DNA of 63,958 nt, counting the filler, from Reticulomyxa filosa (Eukaryota > Protista > Foraminifera): assembly GCA_000512085.1 (NCBI GenBank). It is 20 parts of 20 records of this genome, joined end to end, with 100 filler letters (N's around TTAATTAATTAA, not from the genome) between each part and the next. Parts side by side here need not be neighbours in the genome. Positions count along the whole stretch, not along the records: positions 1 to 8,611 come from ASPP01020443.1; positions 8,712 to 11,103 come from ASPP01019062.1; positions 11,204 to 20,410 come from ASPP01005288.1; 17 more parts are not named here. One strand, written 5' to 3'. The notes under the pieces are model-generated. The model saw only the letters and a program-made list of their open reading frames with translations. It searched no databases and was not told the DNA's origin. Each line of letters begins with the position of its first letter. Position 1 is the stretch's first letter. Both the position numbers and the translations under genes were made by a program. Shown here one piece after another: positions 1-13,594 of the stretch.

Positions 1-27
1 AATTCCGGGTTTTTAAAAACCCGGAAT

Positions 28-2676
28 TCAAACCCTCTCGGTTCCAACGTTGGAACCGAGGATGTTGTAATGATAGTCAATAGTGAGTTCCTCATCGGCA
101 TCGATAAAGCGTTTGCTAAAAAAAGCAATGACGGGACCGCCTTGGGCAATGACGACTTCGATAGCATATAAATTGGGGTTGCAAGAGTGATTAATGAAGC
201 GACTAATATTTCCAAACATAGTCGCGTCAATGGTAGTAGGACGATAGAAGCCGGTATCCGCGTCCGTCTCCGAGCAGTGGTTTTGAGTCCACAAGTAGCT
301 GAGTCCCTTTTTGTCATATTCGACCCCCCGTTCAAAGGCAATTTGTTCGGAAATGATTTCGCCGACGTATTCACAAATCAAAGTACCAGGCATGATAGCC
401 TGGCGAGTTTTTACCCCCCACCCTTTCTTTGGAAATTTGCATACCAGCAAGTCTAAAAACTCTTGCTTCCTATGTGTTTGAACCACTCGATTGCAGCACA
501 TATTCGGGTTTTGGATGCAATCGCACCATTCATTGCACTCGATTATCTTTTGCGACTTGAACAAGTCCACTTCCCCTTGCGTTTCAAAAAGCCCACGATT
601 CATGTTCATGCGATTGCGCCATTTCCTAAATATATGTAATATCATCATTTATTATTATTATTATTATTTATTTTTTTTAATTTATAAATCATTCAATTTA
701 ATTCCATTACAAAAAAAAAAAACAAACAAACAAACAAGCAAAAATCAAATTGAACTAAACTTGTCATAAAAACAAGTTTGCAAGTTTTTTATGATCATAA
801 GTTAAACAATTGGGTGAGAAAGCTTGCTCGTGATCACAGCAAGTGTTTTGAAAGAGACGGCGTGGATCACACTTCCATGAGTTGGTCGCCCGCTTATTCC
901 TTTTTTTTGTTTCTTGAGCTTGGCCAAACTTGCCTCCTCTTGCACACTCTGCAAGCAGCCTTTGCAATGGGACGGTTTTCCATCACTTTGCGTCGCGGTA
1001 TTTTTTGTGCCATACATGCTCCCTTGATTATTTGTTAATTTGGTTTTTGCACATTTTTCCGAGGAAAAAATGGATACTGACACGGTGGCATTTTGTTTTT
1101 GTTTTGTTTTGTTTTGTTTTTGTTTTTTTTTGTTTTTTAACTCCCAACATATGTGTAATATACATATACGTATACATATATGTATATTGCAAAACTTAAC
1201 ACAATATAATTAAATTGAGGAAGCTCGTCACTTTCTGCAACCAAAAAGTCAATGTACAAAGACTTGTGCCTGTTTTGCGAAATGGCATCCATCGGTCTCA
1301 GTCGGACAATCTTCTCATTCGCACTGTCACTGAAGTATTCATAACGAGTTTGACTTGGATTAAATTTTAATGAGCTCTTTTTTTTTATTTTATTTTTTTT
1401 ATTCACTCTTTTTTTTTCTCTCTCTCTCTCTCTCTAAAAGAAACAAAAAAAACTTTAAAATGAAAGTCCGGAAGAGCCAAGCCGGAGGAAAAGGGCCATT
1501 GTTTCCAAGCTGGTGTTGCGTGGATGTCGTCTATTTTGGTTTTGTCGTTTGACGACACAGCGGCCACGGCTTTGTCAGCATTCCCATTTTTCCCACTTTT
1601 GTGTTGGTCTTCATCTTTGGCCGATAGCAGACTGATTTTTTTCAATATTTCTGGCACTTTTGTTTGTACATTTTTTTTTTTTTTTTTGTTGTTGGAAAAA
1701 AAAAAAAAAAAACTTGAGTGCAACCAATCAAAAAACTGGAACCAGAAAAAAAAAAAAAAATTTCTCAAAAAGTAACATACTAGTGTGTGCAATGTATTTT
1801 GCCATTGAAAGAACAAAACAACGCAACTATCAACGCGATCAAACGCAGTGGACTGGCTACCATTCGTTACAGTCGACATTGTGTCAACCGACGCTTTGTT
1901 GTCGATAATGTCTTGTCTATGGTCGCGGACAACAACCAATCAACAACTTAAAGGATTTTGTTTCTCTCATTCCCTTAAAAAAAAAAAAAAGGGAGTTGTC
2001 CCCTTTATAATGGATTGCTGTTACTCATTTGTTTGTTTTTTTTTGTGCACAAAACAAAGTTCAAACACCTGGGAGTAGCCATCGCTTCGACTGCAAGTGG
2101 CGGCTCGGATTTGATGCTGGTCTTATCACAAGACGACGGGGTGGTGGCGCCAAAGTCGGAGGTTTGGATGAACCAAGAGTTGGTGATCTTCCTTCGCTTT
2201 GTCCCAAACAACAAGATTGTTTCGTCGCAATTGTCGTGCAAATGAGACTCACGATCATCTCGGTCATGACCGTTTTGCACTTCGTCAGTCTTGTCGTCCT
2301 GACCCTGGCGGTTGTGTCGATGACTGTGACAATGCAAGTGTGGACGGTGAGAGTGACAGTGATTATGACAGTGGTGGTGGTGGTGGTGGTGACGACAATG
2401 AGGGTGGTGATGATGTGCATGTGAGTGCGAGTGCTGATGATAGGAAGAAGAAGAAGAAGAAGAGGAAAGAGGGACAATTTGCTCTTTTTTTATTCCATTT
2501 ATTGCTTGATGGGCTCCCGGAGATACGCTCTCTTCCGTTTTGCTTTCGCTTGACGAACGGATTTCGTCTGCTCTTCCTGGCATCGAAAGCACGCCAACGT
2601 TGTTGTGGCTACAACGGTGGGAGGAGGACGGTGGTGACAATGTCGGATGGGTCGTTGGAAGAAACGTTGAACTCAT
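28..2676 (-). CDS. SET-domain histone-lysine methyltransferase (SUV39/SETMAR-like), multi-exon; 3' end runs into the contig edge
   Basis: The last exon has a pre-SET tail (IIECNEWCDC...CCNRVVQ) and SET motifs KGWGV, EYVGEII, IDAT.FGNISRFINHSCNPN and EELTIDY. Upstream exons are Ser/His-rich and low complexity. The start codon and exon borders are approximate. Confidence 0.85.
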
Positions 2677-4107
2677 CAGGCTTGTCCAAATATTATTATT
2701 ACTCACAAATTAGTCCAATAGTAAAATGAGATGTTGCATTGAGTTATGCTACTTCTTGATTTCTTTTTTTTAAATTGTTTTGTACCCTTGGCTTCAAAAA
2801 CAGTTTTCTTCTGTCCCACTGGTATCCACACAACGACGTTTTCAAATCTCTTTTAAGTATCACACGGCCAGTTTACATTGAGTATACTGCCACATTTCAA
2901 ATCCATACAAGTGCATTGAACGGCGGTAGTAACAAAAGTGCTGGCACACGAAAATGCACCTCATGAAGAGTATCGATTTTCTATTTAAAAAACTTACATT
3001 TTTCAAATTGTTTAATAAAATTAAACGCATTTGTACTTTCTTCATTTTTAAAAATTATAAAGAACATTAAAATAATCGCAATTTACAAAAAATTGTAAAA
3101 AAATGAAATGCATTTGAAGGTGTAGGGCAAGGACATACTATTTAGTGTTAAGATTCAATTGAATCTTGAAATCACTTTTCTAAAAACTTTTTTTTTAACT
3201 TCTCACTTTGTCTTTGTTATCATTCCCATTTTTATTGACTTAAATTTACTCGTTTTAGAAAGTATATCATAGTGAAATTTTTGTATTAAACTTTGTGCTG
3301 TCAAGTGATAACAAGCACACACTCACAGATTTGTATATATTTTAAAAAATGTTTATTTTTCAAACAGAAAATGTATAACACTGTATTTCTTCATCACGAT
3401 GTGGCCAACTTTTTTCCCTTCATAAGAAATAAAATTTAATTACTATAAAAAAGGTTCAATTCTAAATTAACTACAATTTCATAAATAAACTTTGTTATTG
3501 CACAATTTTTTTGTCCAATGTATTTTTCAATTTATGCTTAATAATGAAATTCTTGGAAAAGTGCTTTGCTTTCCGCTTTTTTAAATTTGAAGTAATAAAC
3601 TTTCAGCTTTATCTGTAGTTAGATATTATCAATTGAAGTTAATTTTTTTCCAGTACTTTTGTCACTAACGTATTATTTATCTTAATTACGATATACATTA
3701 TCAGTATTATATTTTTGCAACCACAACGTGTGTAAAATTACACAGTATCCGTGTTTATATTTGCAATATTACGAGTTGAACATTTATTGAACAAGCAAAT
3801 AAAATCAAGAAATGCGATTTCTGCCACTTGTCAATAAGTTCTACAAATTGATCATGGTGTATGCTTTGACAGATAAAATCATTGATGTAATTTAATCTAT
3901 TACATTGTATTTTGCCAAAGTGCACATCGAACTAAATACAACTGTTGTTATCTGTTGATTGATGTGTGCCAATCAAATACTTGAAGACAATACTTTGTCT
4001 ACTGTAACAAACTCTAATGGTTAGGAATAAATTGACTTTATAAAAAAAGTGTTGTCGGGAAACAGGCAACGTGTTTTAGGCATTACAGTGAAAAAAATTG
4101 ACAACGT

Positions 4108-7100
4108 TTAATCTTTTCCTGATTGAGAATTGGCCCATTTGCTAATTACCCCAAGGGTTTGTTTTTTCCAGTTTGCATTCTTTCGAATTGTTTCCACACA
4201 TTGATCCATCGAGCGTTTACAAGCAGGATAATCCAACGTTTTATAAAATTTTTCAATTTCATCAGCTTTCTCGAAAGATACAAATGAGGAAGGTATTTTC
4301 ACTAAGTCTCGGCCCAAAAAGCCACCTTCAAACATAGAATACCACTGATCAAAGGTTTTTTGCAACATCTGCCACGCCATCTCTCGTCCGGCAATGCCCT
4401 GTGCGACAATGGAAAAAGGCAACACGCGGTCGTGATTTCGGATTTTATCTGAATCTTTGATCCACTCCAGGAGCTTTGGAATTATATCAGGATTTGTGGT
4501 TAATGCAAGAGCGCGTAACGCTCTTCCTTGCTCACTGGAGTCAGTCGTACTCAAATAATACTTTTGTAACGTATCAAATTCTTCCTTTCCGCCGTATTTA
4601 ATTGCAATGGAATACACAGCATTTCTCAAAGCAGGCGCAAGATAAGCCTTTTGCCCATCGGTCTTTTTCTCTTCGTCACTTTCAAAAGGAAAAAAAGATG
4701 GAAGAGACACCAAAAAAAAAAGGCAAACAAAAACTTAACATTAAAAGTGATACGTATCAAAAAAAAAACTAAAAACAAAAAAAAATTATCCAACTGTTTC
4801 TATATACACTACATATATACGTACTTTAAATTTATAAAAGCTTTAAAGCGTTTCAAAGCTTCATCGATGACAGGCTGATAGCCATATTTGCTCATCGCGC
4901 TCAAAATCAGGGGTCTCAACAATGCCTGTGTCTCTTCGTCTTCGTCTTTGTCTCCTTGCCAGTCAATTTTTTTAAACACTGGGAGTAACACCTTGCGCAT
5001 AAGGGCCTTAAATTGTTGGGCAAGAACATCGTCGTCATTAATGATATGGAAAACAGCTTGTGCAGCATCCAGGATGGTAAACCAAATGGAATAAGAGGTT
5101 TCATTTTCAAACGACGCAATCAAATTCAACAAGTTTTCGGTCGCTTGTGGATTGCCCGCTTGTGCAATTGCCAAAGTGTCTCGCACCAAACATATCTTAT
5201 CTGATATGTTCAAGTTTTTATCACCGCTTCGCAATGCGTGAGTCAAGCTCTCCATCAGTGTCTTGTCATACTGACACGCATAAAAGCCAATGCTGTCCGC
5301 ATTCAAATGCACCCATTTTGTGTTCTTTGGCAAATCCACAATTTGCTTCTTTTTTTCAAGCAACACTGTTATCGTTTCATTTCCGATCCGAAGTTTCATT
5401 GGAATATTCCAAACTATCCTTTCCTTTTTTTTTTCAAAAAAAAAAATGAAGTATAATTTATTTATTTGTACGTATACAACAATTCAAAAACAAAAAACAC
5501 CTGTTCTTTATTCAATGTTCCAGAGGACAAATGACGGACTTGCGTGAGGATAAGCTTGTCTTCACTTCGAACACCAGTGACTAGGGGGAAGCCTTGCTCC
5601 TTGGTCCAGTTGCGCATAATTGTGCCGACAGGAGCTTTCATTTCCTTTCCCAGAAAATCCCACAAGTCTATGGTTTTGGCATTGGAATAGCGAAAGTTGT
5701 TCAAGTACTTGGTCAAACCTTTTCGAAACACATCATCGCCCAAATAACCTTGCAACATTCGGATCACCGAGGCCCCTTTGGCATACGATATCGAATCAAA
5801 CACCTCGTCGGCCTGCTCTGCTGTTTGCACTTCAACCTCAATAGGATGGCTTGTCGTCATCCCATCCAATTCAAATGCCATTGCAAACGAATATACGACG
5901 AAGAGATCCCACATCTGTAACATTTCAACATTTTTATTTTTATTTTTTAAAGTATGTAATAAGTGTAAGAGCACAAGAAAAAAAAAAAAAAAAAAATTGA
6001 AAAAAGTAAAATTACCGGCCAATGAGGGAAAAAGGACGGAACAACTGAGATATCCATGAAGCGCGCAAATCCCTCGTTCAACCACAGCTCAGACCACCAA
6101 TCCATCGTGACCAAATTGCCGAACCATTGATGTGCCAACTCATGGCACACAATACGAGCTGCGCGCTGCAGTTGTGGCACAGGAGTTACTCCTTTGGTCA
6201 CCATTATTATGGATTCTTGATACGTCACCAAACCCCAGTTTTCCATCGCTCCTGATCCAAAGTCCGGAACTGCTACCATATCGCATTTTGGTAACGGATA
6301 TTCAATTTCAAAAAATCTTTTTTTTTTATGGCCACCACATTCCCCACACAAACCAATTTTTTTTTTTTTTTTGGAGACCGGGAGTATACGTATACTTTTT
6401 AAAATTTCCTTCTATTGTTCCTTTTCTATTAACATTTTTGAAAGTAACTCAACTTTTCATAAAAATCCAAACATCTACACACAGTTTCACATACAAAAAT
6501 GCCCATCTCTTTTTTGCCAACACTCGCCCATGTTCGCACTTTTATATCACGGCTTGTTTTTGCTTCCACATACTCAAACTCACCGATAAACCATGCAAGT
6601 AAATATGTCGACATCACCGGTGTCTTGTCAAATAACACTGTCTTAATTGCGTCCATCACTTTTACGTCCGTTTCTATACCAATTTTTTAAAGGATTTTGT
6701 TTGATTAAGTTCACGTTTTCTTGTGTTTAAAAAAAAATACGTACCTGGCATGTTGGACAAACAAACTAAGTCGTTAGGCACTGTCAACTCCAGAGTAAAC
6801 GTTGCCTTAACATTTGGCTCATCCCAACAAGGAAATGCTCTTCGGGCATCAGTCGCTTCGAATTGAGTAACACCTCAGTAAGCCCATCACCATCTATTTT
6901 ATAGAGTTTTTTAATGTTAATATCATTAGCGCTCCCCCTTTGCCGAACCTCTTTTGCAACAACAAGACGATATACAATTTGGAGCAAACTGAATAATAAA
7001 AAGTCCTAACTTCCGCGTTGGTACTTGGAACGATAAAATCCTTTCATGTTGTTGCCCACGATTCCCGTATAATCAACACACAGTTGCAGAGTTGTTTTTG

Positions 7101-7631
7101 GAGTCAATTTTTTTGGTAGTTGGATGCGTGCTTGTTGTTTCTTTTGTTAATTGTGCCAAAAACAAAAATATTATGTCTTCACCGTGTGTATGAAGGATAA
7201 TGGTGTTAATCCTTCCAATACGTTACAAACAAATAACTTTAGTGTTATATGTCACATCACTAGTCTTAATATCGACTGTGTCAGTCCCATTTTTTAATTG
7301 AACTTTGGAAAAAGACAAGCCTAAAGCGTTCAAAATTATAAAATTTGTTTCTTCTTTTACGATCAGATCAATTTCAACCCGACCTGCGAATTGAAAATTC
7401 TTAACCAAATCTGGTGTTATAGAAATAAAATAATGAGTTGGGGCAACGTGTTTCGGTAACACATCTCTTTCTTTCTAAGATTACACATAAAATCCAAATT
7501 CTTATTGAAATTTGGCCTCTTGCAGTTGTAAACGAACAGGAAAGACAGTTCATTACCTTCTCGTCGTCAACAGGCAATGATTCAACAAAATTTAACACGT
7601 TTTGTGTTGCTTCTGAAGCACTATGAGACAT
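4108..7631 (-). CDS. M1 family zinc aminopeptidase (puromycin-sensitive aminopeptidase-like), multi-exon
   Basis: GAMENWGL; [13 protein letters not shown]...LWLNEGFA (HEXXH-18-E); [18 protein letters not shown] (about 6815-6870); [16 protein letters not shown]; ERAP1_C-like helical C-terminus. Intron 5915-6015 splices in frame. Confidence 0.95.
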
Positions 7632-8611
7632 TTATTCAGTTTTGTTTTAATATTAATTGACAACAAAAATCCTATATTTTCGTCACTCCAGTTCTACGCT
7701 GCTAGCGGCTAAAAATTGGACATAACCACGACCAAAAATTGAAATTAATTTTTGTTTCAGAGTTTTATTTATTTTAAAAACTACTAGAACCAAACCAACT
7801 TATTTTAAATGAACCAGCAGAAAAATTTATCTTTTTTTCCTGTTTTCCAAAAATGGTTTTTGTGGTTTTTTCCTTCAAAAAAAACTTTACAATTTGTTTA
7901 TGACGAGAAAATGCCTCTACCACTTGTTACATCCAGGACTTTGCGTACTTGCGTGTGGAGTTTTGATTTTAGGTGAGAAAATTAGAGGTTTTACAAATAG
8001 AATTGAACTGGAAAACTCACAAAAAGTTATAATGTGTTCTCAATTATTTGCTTATTACAATTCACATTTTATATAAATCATTTTTAATGATATTCATCAA
8101 GCTATTCAACAGTATTTCCAAAAAGGGTCTGTGGAATTTTCTTTTTAACTCAGAATTTAACAAAACAAAAGAATAACGTGGAATAAATGAAATGAACTTG
8201 TCTTTTGTTCACTTACTTTGCATTAAACATTTTTTCCACATTATTTTCTTTTGGGTATCATATTATGAAAAAAATATTTCTTGTTTCGTCAAGAATTCAA
8301 TAACCCTTGTTTAATAGAAAAATGGCAGAAAATTCTGATATAAGGAACAAATAAAAAACTTAAGAAATAAATGTTTACCAAATTGGAAGCGGTATTTGCA
8401 CCAAATGTGCTTTTAAAAAGTTCTTTTAAGAAACTCTACCCTTTAAAAAGTGATTCTTTATACAAAACTTTTTAAAAACAGCATAAAAGGTGGTCAGTTC
8501 AAAAAAATGGTACTTCTAAAAAAGTGTCAAACAGTTAAGAAAAATTTTCCTTTAATTGCAAAAAACGATCACTTCACAAAGGAATATAGAAAGATAATAA
8601 AGAATAGTTTT

Positions 8612-8711
8612 NNNNNNNNNNNNNNNNNNNNNNNNNNNNNNNNNNNNNNNNNNNNTTAATTAATTAANNNNNNNNNNNNNNNNNNNNNNNNNNNNNNNNN
8701 NNNNNNNNNNN
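8612..8711. other. Artificial contig-joining spacer N44-TTAATTAATTAA-N44 (first of 19)
   Basis: Identical 100-nt blocks start at 8612, 11104, 20411, 23323, 24845, 38067, 40492, 42459, 44734, 45924, 47161, 48891, 50351, 52259, 55590, 56996, 59937, 61314 and 62859. The 12-mer puts stop codons in all six frames. Confidence 0.99.
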
Positions 8712-9060
8712 ACACACAAACACACACAAATTACGTTTAATTGATGTTTGTCTTTGAGATTAATAAAAAATAAAAAAATAGACTGCTATATATCGACTCA
8801 AATGGTTGGATCATCTACGTATCGCTGCAGCAAGGTACTCCACTGCTCTTTTCTCCCCCTTTTCAAATGTTCACTTATGTCCTCTTTTTTATCATTGTTC
8901 ACATTATAAAAATATTTTTTTATTTATTGTTCACTTGTGTCCATAGCAATACTGTCCAATCCGTTCCCTCATTAACTTAAATTACCACGTTCCAGCTCCA
9001 TCATAATTTTTTTTACAAATTATCAATGTCATCACCTGTTCCAGCTCAACTAAACCTACT

Positions 9061-9355
9061 AAACGCAATACAATCGAACACAACCCAAAACAGTACAATA
9101 CACCCTAATTCACTCCAACTACTCTTAACACAATTCAACTTAATCCAATGCATGACACCTCGATACAATTCAATCCAGCACAAACAAACTATGCTCAATA
9201 TACTCCAATGCAACACAACTAACTCCATATCAATCTAATCCAACCCAATTAAACCCAGCGCAGTCTAATCCATTACATTCCGACTCAACTTAACCCAAAG
9301 TGATCCAACGCAGTCCAACTAAATTTGATTCAATATAAGCCGATTTAATCCAACT
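9061..9355 (+). repeat. Degenerate pentanucleotide tandem array, consensus CAAYN, about 59 units
   Basis: Reads caata caatc gaaca caacc caaaa cagta caata ... caact in an unbroken 5-nt register. Confidence 0.9.
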
Positions 9356-9781
9356 CGCTTTACCAAATCCAATGCCCTCCACAAAGGTTCATCTTAGTAT
9401 TAGTTTCCAGCTAGTAGTGTTTGCAATATTCGTGTGGCTATGCTCCAAATGACTCCAATCTTTTGTACTTTGAATATTGCCAGCTGGAGATATTGTGGTG
9501 CTCCATTGTTGATTATATCATGTGGCTATTTCATCGAGTTGTCAATTTGCCTCAATCCAAAATATCTTTGTATGTCTATACAAACAATACAACAATTATG
9601 TTCATGTGTTGTCAAATAATTTTCTTTTATTATTATTACAGACAAAAAATATATATATAGATCACATTGCGTTTGTTGGAGCACCACCATTCGCGTATTT
9701 ATCTATGAATCAAAAATTTATTCACAATTTATTCATCTACCAGTCCAATCGCTCAATGTCCATTTGCAAATCGCAGCAATA

Positions 9782-11103
9782 TTACTCAACGCTATTCCAT
9801 CCAGCACCAAATTCATCTCGTAATAGCGTTGCGAGCATCTTGTCCGTCTTTCGTTTCATTCTTTTTTCTTCGCGCTGCATATCATCCATCGTCTCCGGAC
9901 CTAATTCAAAATCATTTTTTTTAATCTCCAGGTATTCATCATACGTCCTATATTATCATTTGTTTATTTAAACATACAATTGTTTATTTATCTTAAAGTG
10001 TGAATATACATGCTCAAATATGATATTGCATACCGGATAGTTTTCCCATCGAGTGCCGCTTTTGAGCACAGCCACTCAAACGATTGACGTCCATCCAATA
10101 TTGTTTGGACGTTTTCTGCTTCTGCCAACGTCGTCAGCAATACTGGCAGCAATTGCTTAAGCTAAGTATTCATTTTTTTTTAATTTGTTTGTTTGTAACA
10201 TCAAAATAAATAACATAAAAAGAAATATAAAGTATTTTTTTGTTTGAAATTGAACTTGTTGGTCATCAGCAGCTCCTTTGAATTTTCCAATCGGCACAGC
10301 ATTGTTGAACTGGCCTGCATACGAGCTCGGCATGTCATCGACTATAATGACCTTTTCCAATGGCTTGCCAAGTCGTCCCAGGTCCTAAACAATCAACATT
10401 TACACATTCACAAACATACAATACAATCAATTATTGAAATTATTCAAATATAAACATAATTGGATATAATATTGAATATAGGCAATCAACAAAACTTTAA
10501 TATATTTGCCGTCACCGAACTTGGTGAGGCTATCACCAAATAGTCGATGCGCAATGACGCAATCGACATCAATTTTATCCAACACGTAGTTGGCATACGG
10601 CGCCCCAGAGGCAGTAAATACGACGATATCGTATTTTTTACTGCACTCTGACAGGAAGCGGCGCAGGAATGGACGAACTTTTACTTTCGTCTTCACACGA
10701 CCTGACTTGCTCATCCCATCAATCACAAAGTCAGGATTTTTCATTTCCTATTTTGTTTATTGTGTATGTTTGTTTTGTTTCGATTGTTTTTCTTTTTGTG
10801 TTATCTATAAATACAAAACAAAACAAAACTTCAAATGTGCTGAAGACCATAGTCTCATCTAGGTCCATCACCAGCAACTTTCTTTTCGATTGAATTAATT
10901 CTTGGGGGAGCAAATATTGCATCACCCCTTGACCACGTTCATCGGCTGGCTTTGTCTCTTGTTGGTGCAGTTGCTGAGGTTGCTGTTGTTGGGATTGTTG
11001 TTGTTGGCGTTGCTGCAGCTGTGGTTGTTGTGATTGTGGCTGCTGTGATTGTTGTTGGGGTTGGTGCTGATGCAGCTGTTGTTGTTTCTGGGACTGATGT
11101 GGC
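9782..11103 (-). CDS. CTD small phosphatase-like / NIF (FCP1-type HAD) phosphatase, 5' truncated
   Basis: LLVMDLDETMV (DxDxT), VRPFLRRFL, VVFTAS..YANYVLDKID, VIIVDDMPSSY..QFNNAVPI. The last exon ends ...GWNSVE-TAA at 9782. The N-terminal part is Gln/Pro/Thr-rich. Confidence 0.92.
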
Positions 11104-12279
11104 NNNNNNNNNNNNNNNNNNNNNNNNNNNNNNNNNNNNNNNNNNNNTTAATTAATTAANNNNNNNNNNNNNNNNNNNNNNNNNNNNNNNNNNNNNNNNN
11201 NNNTTGTTCCCCTACTTTTGGCTTGAGTTCGCCAATGATGATAAGGGTATATATATATTTTTTTTTTTTTTTTTTTTAAAGTGTTGATGCATTTTTTCTT
11301 TGATCGTTTCTTCGATTGTTGCTTGTATCAGATCTTTCTCGGCCTGATGGGCCTTTTCTTTGGTTTCCAGGCCTTCATTGGTCTTGCATTCGGTTTCCGG
11401 CCTTCAAAAATTTTTTCTTTGGTTTTTTGGCCTTCAGTGACCTTTTCTTGCTGGCATGAGTGCTTTCTGCGCATCTTAATGAGATGCCGAATCGCGGTTA
11501 GATGTATTTTTGCATTCTTGCCACTCCTTTTGCTTGGTTATTACCTCTTGTTGCTTTTAGCTGACCAATGATGAAGTTAGATTATTTTTTTTCACACAGA
11601 TGCTGAACCAACGACACCCCGAAAACGAATTATAACAAAAAATGTTGACAAAAGCTTTAGTAAAAGGGACTCCACTCACAATGTTGCAAAATCTAACTAC
11701 TATAAAAAACTTTATATTATTATTAAAAAGAATTTTCAAATATTAAAAGTTTTTTTTTAGTCTTTCTTGATTTTCTTGACTTTTCTCGATCTCCAAAATC
11801 TTTAATCTATCGATTTCAAAATTTCTTTCAAAACCACATAGACTGCAAATATCTTGTAGCTTCAAACGTTTTCTCCTTCAAAATATAACTTTTTTGATAA
11901 TTAAAATGAATTTAATTTTTTCTAATGAAATCTGTTTGGAAAAACACTGATTGCGGTCCAACTTTGTCACAAAACGATATTTTTTTACTGGAATTTCACC
12001 AATCGATAGAAAGAAGTTTGTTCATTCTGAGTTGATTTGGACCAATAAAAAGAATTGTCTGTTTGATTTGATCCTTTTTGATAAATTAAATAGAACAATT
12101 TTCTTAACACATATATTTGATGCTATTCTCATTTGACATTCAATTTTTTACTGTTTCATCTAGGTTTGGTTTAGCCGGCACATTGACAAGCATTGCCTTC
12201 AAATAGCTCACTTGCAATAGAAATATTTACAAGAAAGCTATTTTGTTTTGATATAAAATTATTACTGTTGAATTTAGTT

Positions 12280-13255
12280 ATTTTCTCACATGACTTATTC
12301 CAAGTATGTCAACTATGTCTATGGCAAGGCAGCAAGGAAACTTGGTTATTTGACTTACTTATGTTCATACAAAGGAGTTAGACCCATGCAGCTGAAGCTG
12401 GAGTGCAGACAGTTAAACCTGATTCTCATGCAATTTCAAATACTCACCAATGCAAGTGCACTAATGCCACAGTCGAACAATTGCTATTTACAATATTCAA
12501 TGAACCTTCATCAAGTGAGATAATGTTATCATTGGATAATGATTACATTGTGATATTTTGTGATTGAAGCACATATTCAAACCCTGTATTTGATGCGCAG
12601 GACTGGTAATTCAAGATCCAAGTATGTCAAAATGGTTAGATTAGAATATCCAATCACCGGCATTACAACCAGCATTGGATCATAGATCGAAGCAATGAGA
12701 CTTACATTTGAATATTTAGGTAATCATTACATATTCTATCATTGAAGAGTGATTATCCTGACTGATTGCAAGTTCGTTATCAATGCGTTATTTAACAAAT
12801 GGGATCCAGACATCTATAAAGTACAAATTACATATTGTCAAAAGGTCGTTAATGTTTCAGAGATCTATTGGACTAAAGGTCATTCTGGAATTCCTGACAA
12901 TGATAAAGTAAATCTTATTGCAAATAACTCACGCAGAAAAGCGCTGTAATTGCAACTAGATTTGATCCAATAACACAGATCAGCTGTATTCCTGAACAAT
13001 CATAGATTGAACCACTACTTTACATATCAATGGAATAGACATTTGATATTTGAATGAGTGAATAATTTAATATATGTGATACCACGATATTTCCTATCCA
13101 GCCTGATGGAAGCTCATTTGAAAAGATTATATCGCATTCATTGTCATTTAGTGAACGCAAGATTATTTGTCAGTTGATTACTGGCAAAGTTGGATTGAAT
13201 GATTATTTGTATAACATCCAAAGATCATATTCTCCTGATTGTATTTGGTGTTAGT
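12280..13255 (+). mobile_element. Decayed non-LTR retrotransposon ORF2 fragment (post-RT region, RNase H, C-terminal Cys region)
   Basis: YVNYVYGKAARKLGYL (post-RT helix), VIFCD*S (RNase H first Asp), IILTDCKFVINAL, YWTKGHSGIPDNDKVNLIA (RNase H W.KGH.G..GN..AD motif) and QLITGKVGLNDYLYNIQRSYSPDCIWC. Contains stops, frameshifts and internal deletions. Confidence 0.8.
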
Positions 13256-13594
13256 AAGAAGATACTATCTTTATGTTTCTTTTTTGATTATTGTGTTCTA
13301 TTTCTTAGAACGAGATGCTCTTTTAACTAGAAAGACCTGAGTTTATGTCTGTGATTGAGTAAAGATTCGTTTGTGTTATGATCTTCATTTTCAAATAAAA
13401 ATCTGCACAAACAAGGCAACGCTATGCAAACATTGAACTGTAGACGTTTGCAAGTAAAAAGTCATTTGATTAAATTTGAAATGTACATAATCGAAAATAT
13501 TCGGAAATAAAAGTTGAAGGTATTAGAAAACATTTTATGTAGTATTTTCGAATTTCCATTGAAAAGGAGAAAAGCGTTTTACAATGTGTTTCAA

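Noticed and set aside
1-60. Two perfect palindromes (1-28 and 37-60) suggesting a hairpin end or element terminus
   Set aside because: They lie at the sequence edge and are made mostly of doubled or run bases typical of low-quality pyrosequencing ends, where a post-SET region would be expected. Needs raw reads before belief.
11281-11571. Lys-rich histone H1-like ORF on the minus strand
   Set aside because: The frame is short, interrupted by stops and has no globular-domain motif.
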